Source: Paragordius varius
Lineage: Eukaryota > Animalia > Nematomorpha
Length of the DNA stretch: 64,000 nt
Direction: 5' to 3'
Assembly (NCBI GenBank): GCA_964247055.1
Contig: OZ176053.1
Location: 9,610,001 to 9,674,000, forward strand
Shown: positions 59,610-64,000 of the stretch, piece after piece
Position numbering within the stretch: position 1 is the first letter of the stretch
Layout: each line of letters begins with the position of its first letter
Notes under the pieces: generated by a model
Told to the model about the DNA's origin: nothing
The model's input: only the letters and a program-made list of their open reading frames with translations
Database searches by the model: none
Made by a program: the position numbers and the translations under genes

Positions 59610-61133
59610 CTATTGATTTCCTAGCCTTGTTTCATAAATAATAAATTGTAAAAACCACCCGACATTATTTTCAAAATTCTGAGAGCTAATGTTATTTTAC
59701 TAAAACCATAGAGAAGCCACATTTTTACCTTATATCTGGCACGCTATGAATATCATGAGTGATACCAATTAAAGAGTTGCATTTTATTAAAACTTTATGT
59801 TACATTGAAATGCAATTAAACTTACTCACTCAATGCTTTAGCAATTAGTATTGGAAGGGAACTATTTTGTGCCACGAAATTTATCCCATAATATTTTACG
59901 GTTTTATTATAGCGTTTGGTGGCTGCCACATATCGTTTATGAGGTATGTGATAAGTGATGGCCAATCCAGTCATATCATTGATATTTTTTTTGCCTAAGA
60001 AGTAGTATATTAGTAAATATTAAAACAGTTTAATCTATTTCAACAATACAAAATGTAAACATTTACCTGGAGTATAAAACTTGAAGACATAATTTTTTCG
60101 GTTGTTCCTTTTTGTCACCCTCTGCCAGACCAAGGATGTACTGATATTGTCTAAAAGTATATTTATATATTAACCTCTTAAAATGGTATAATTAATTTAG
60201 CTTTTATGAAATAATAATACGCTACAATAAAGTTAATATACAAATATTAATTTGCTCTTATGCAAAAATTAACGATACATCCGATGAATATCTTTCACTG
60301 CATTTTTATTTAGCCTAAGCTCATCATATACCTATGTAGATTATATTATGTTTGAATTAAAATTTTAATTCTTAAAAGAGTGTCAATCTTTTTATATTAA
60401 GAAATAAAATGATTAAAAAACAGTTGTTTGATCAATTTAACTCTCAGGTGGCTGCCACCACTATGTCGACTAGGGCTTATTATGTATCTTGAAAATGTGT
60501 TTCTTAGTTACAAATTAAATACTAATTTTAACTAAATTATATCGTTTAAGAAACAGATTAAAAAAGTATGAACTATTAATAACATTAAATAAAAAGTTGG
60601 GGCAAATGATTTTTGAAGTTTCTAAAATTAGTGATTGATCCAAATTTATGCGCTTGTTGGGGGCAGATTCCTTAATAGGTTGCTTCTTATTAAAGTTTAC
60701 TTTTGTAACAATAATGTTTTGTTCAAAAGTTACAAAATTAAATATATATAAAACGTTACTTCGGATGGCAAATGTCTTGGCTATGGCTTTGGCATTTTCC
60801 ACGTGTTCAATTGTTTCTAATAATAATGATGTAATATATATGGATATATTTAGATGAAAAACTCCAAGTGTTTTTGTTTTCCAAAAAAATTTTAAAAACA
60901 GGAATCGAATAAATATTCATAACTCTAAATAAATTCAATTATGATTAGGATTTATTTTACTATATTCCTGTCGCGTTAAAAGATAATTAAAGGGCGTCCC
61001 TTAAAGAAGCGATTTATTGAAATGTATTCGTATAATATTGTAATTAATAAATAAAATATTTATCAATGTACACCTGCGATTTCCTAATAACTGTTTTTAA
61101 AAATATTAGGAACTTAATTTTTGTGAAAAACAT
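59610..61133 (-). CDS. Gene C: small unrecognised multi-exon gene upstream of gene B. Clear exons ~60067-60150 and ~59826-59995; probable others at ~60760-60817, ~60955-60993, ~59729-59743 and 59610-~59685
   Basis: AG/GT-bounded open segments: (D)NISTSLVWQRVTKRNNRKNYVFKFYTP|GKKNINDMTGLAITYHIPHKRYVAATKRYNKTVKYYGINFVAQNSSLPILIAKALS, TIEHVENAKAIAKTFAIR, and a possible end SSQNFENNVGWFLQFIIYETRLGNQ*. The 5' exon phases are not resolved. Confidence 0.5.
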
Positions 61134-61229
61134 CACCGAGGATTAAGCTGGATTTATGAATAAATAGTAACAGAAAGAATCGGAAAAATATCCATTATTT
61201 AATTTGAGTTTTGCTAAAATGTTAATACA

Positions 61230-61772
61230 ATTTTGTGAATTCGTATTTTTCAAAAACTCCAATCTAAATACCCCATACCATATTTAAGATATTTTTAATA
61301 AACTACTAATTTGTGCTTCTGTCCTAATAAAAATTTTAAATAAAATATCCAAATAAAATTTAGTTTAAAAAAAATTTCATAATAACCTACTTAAACGCCA
61401 TTTTTATTTTACAACATAAAAAATATCGTGTTTATTTATAAGGCTAAAATTAAGTTTACTAAAATCACTTTTAACATAAACATAAACAGAAAAATTGGTA
61501 TATTTTGCATTATTTTAATATTTAGCTTATGCACACCCATGTCATGTAAGCTAATTTTTATCTTTGGGTGTTACCTATGAATAAGTAATATCAAGTATTT
61601 TTGAATGAATTTTTTATATATTTCGGTTCATTGTGTTATATAAGTGCAAATTTGTGCCAGATTTTAATTTATTCCATATTTTTTGAAATATTTGATTAAA
61701 CAACCCTGGGGTATCCAAAGACCCCAATTCGAATCGAAGGACTGAAATGAATGCGTTGTAACCAAGTGTTAA
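61230..61772 (+). mobile_element. M2 MITE
   Basis: Right end CCCCAATTCGAATCGAAGGACTGAAATGAATGCGTTGTAACCAAGTGTTAA and internal M2 homology. Confidence 0.7.
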
Positions 61773-62451
61773 AGGGGTCGAAGGTGAACAAGTAAGTTTT
61801 TCTAATTAAGTGGGTTAGATACTATGATCGTACCTTTTTATAAATAAATAATTATTATTGCTGAATTTAAATGGGCATACGTTTTCCAGGATCGTTCAGA
61901 GTTATTATAATATGCTTATTAATTTAATACAAATACAGTTTTATACTTGAAAATAAAAAAATATTTGTTAGCATATGTTTCGGATGAAACTTTCACATAT
62001 TCATGTTTGATAGCGGCCAAAATAAATTATACTTTTTCATTTGTTCCAAATCAATATACTTTATTTTCTAATCAGAGTTTTAAACTTCATAAATATCTGT
62101 AAGCAAATGGTTTAAAGAGCTCAAAAAAATTTATATAAATTATCTATTCGGGAAAACTACCCAAAAATTGGAATGTTAACAGTAAAAAACCCTAAATTGC
62201 AAATTACCTTGTAAATTGGGAAACTTCTTTGTTTTATTGAATTGAACGGTTTTTGACTTTTGAGGAAGCGCGGCAAACATTTTATATAGTATGGCTTTGT
62301 GTAAAATATATTATATTATGGATTTTTTAAATGTATCTTCAGAAATTTCATGCAAATTAACAAAAAAATTTTTGATATAATAATAAAAATAAATATATAA
62401 ATCTGTATTAAATGTATATTTATGTAGCGAATTAAAGAATATATTAATTTA

Positions 62452-63928
62452 CTAGCGTAAATCTCGTGCTGCTACGCAGCTCGAGGAAGTCCTTCGGACT
62501 TCTGGGGGGGGGGGGGGGGGCATTTTTAATTTTATAAGCACTTTTGGTATGCAGCACGAAGTTTTAGAATGATTCACATAGTGTCATATTCTGAAATTTG
62601 GCTCCAAAAACATGCTGTATGGATATGAATGCGCAGTTGTAGGCGGGTAGCCCCCTACCCAGAGGCCAATATAAAAATGTAGTTAGATAAAAAAATTTGC
62701 CTTTATACCTGGAATAATCGTTCAGTCCTAATAGTTTATGGAAGAATGGTTTCAAAACTAAATAATAGTTCAATGATAGCGCATTTTAGGGAGTAAAGGG
62801 CCTATTTAACGGTTAATTAAAAAAATCCGCTCGACTAAAATTTTTGACTTTTTACGGGTGATACTTTAAGCAGCTATTGAACTCATATGGCCTCATAGGT
62901 TATCTGAAATTTAGCCCCAAAAGCACGCATTTTCGATATGACGGGTCAGTTTTTCGCAGGTAGCTCACTCAGCAGCTATCATCAAAGAAACGGCTGACTA
63001 ATTTTTTGCCTTTTAACAGGGACTACGTGGAATCTTTATTGAATTTTTACGGTCTCATACCTTGGGCAAAAAAATACAATCAAAAAATTATTTTTGTGGA
63101 CTGGCATTTTACGGGGGTAGGTAAAAAGAGGGCCTAAATCAAAAAAGTGAGTCGACTATGTTCAGCGCGATCAATAATAAGTAAACAAAAATCATATTTA
63201 AAATTGAATGGTCCAACACCTTCTCCAAAAAATTGACCTAACCCATTTTTAACACGGGGTGGCCCCGAACTGGGGACCTAATTCCAAAAAAGGGCGAAGC
63301 TATTGTCGGGACATTCATTTATGATTATATTTTTTCGATATTTGGATTTGAATGGGTTCACCAGTTTTCCGGAAACAGATCACAAAGTTACATGAGGAAT
63401 CAGTTTTTAGCGGGTAGCTCCTTACCTTACCCAGCAGCTATCATCAAAGAAACGGTGGACTAAAATTTTTGCCTTTTAACAGGGAATACGAAAAATCCTT
63501 ATTGTTTACAGGCTCATACCTTGGGCAAATAGATTTAAAAAATTATTTTGGTGGACTTTGTTTTTTTTGAAAAAAATGGCATTTTACGGGGGTAGCGGGT
63601 AAAAAGAGGGCCTAAATTTAAAAAGCGAGACGACTATGTTCGGCACAATCGAAAATAATTAAATAAAAATCATATTTGAAATTGAATGGTCCAACACGTT
63701 CTCCGGAAAATTGTCTCAAATACACGATTTTTATGGACTTCTGTTTTCAAAAAAAACATTTTTCACACCGGATGGGCCCTAACTGGGGGCCTAATTCAAA
63801 AAAAGGGCGAAGCTATTGTCGGGGCATTCATTAATGATTATATTTTTTCGAAGTTTGGATTTGAATGGGTCTACCGTTTTTCCTGTACCAGATCACAAAG
63901 CCAGCATTTTCCATTTTAAATATATAGA
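62452..63928 (-). mobile_element. Non-autonomous Helitron-like element with intact ends and an internal duplication of its 5' segment
   Basis: On the minus strand: A|TCTATATATTTAAAATGG...GAAGTCCGAAGGACTTC (perfect hairpin), CTCGAGCTGCGTAGCAGCACGAG (hairpin), CTAG|T. These are the canonical TC start, CTRR end and A/T insertion site. Confidence 0.88.
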
Positions 63929-64000
63929 TAATATACATGAATCTAAATCAGCAGTACTCATATCACGGTCCTCAGTGATTTTCGCTTAGGAGATTTTCAA

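Overview
Very AT-rich, intron-containing eukaryotic DNA, almost certainly animal, since it carries a Slingshot phosphatase. The species cannot be determined from the sequence. Introns of 22-30 nt sit beside kb-long transposon-filled introns, which suggests a derived or parasitic lineage. I spliced six protein-coding loci by hand. Two are recognisable: Slingshot (ssh, + strand, 1227-8150, 13 exons) and enolase (+, 32760-39125, 12 exons). Four are unrecognised minus-strand genes that the ORF track largely misses. Genes A (8679-~21556) and B (42024-~57254) are clear paralogues. Each is built from a run of 18-20 consecutive symmetric phase-1 exons, many only 9-36 nt. They encode an acidic/Pro-Lys low-complexity region, a Gly/Ala-rich hydrophobic segment and a sequon-rich beta-sandwich-like C-terminus. 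Each has a small ~1.5 kb gene (D, C) directly upstream. The rest is dense transposon debris: mariner and hAT transposase relics, RTE-type LINE fragments (one with a PHD finger inside the RT region), three Helitron-like elements, and several MITE/foldback families. All exon coordinates come from manual GT-AG and reading-frame reasoning, not from RNA evidence.
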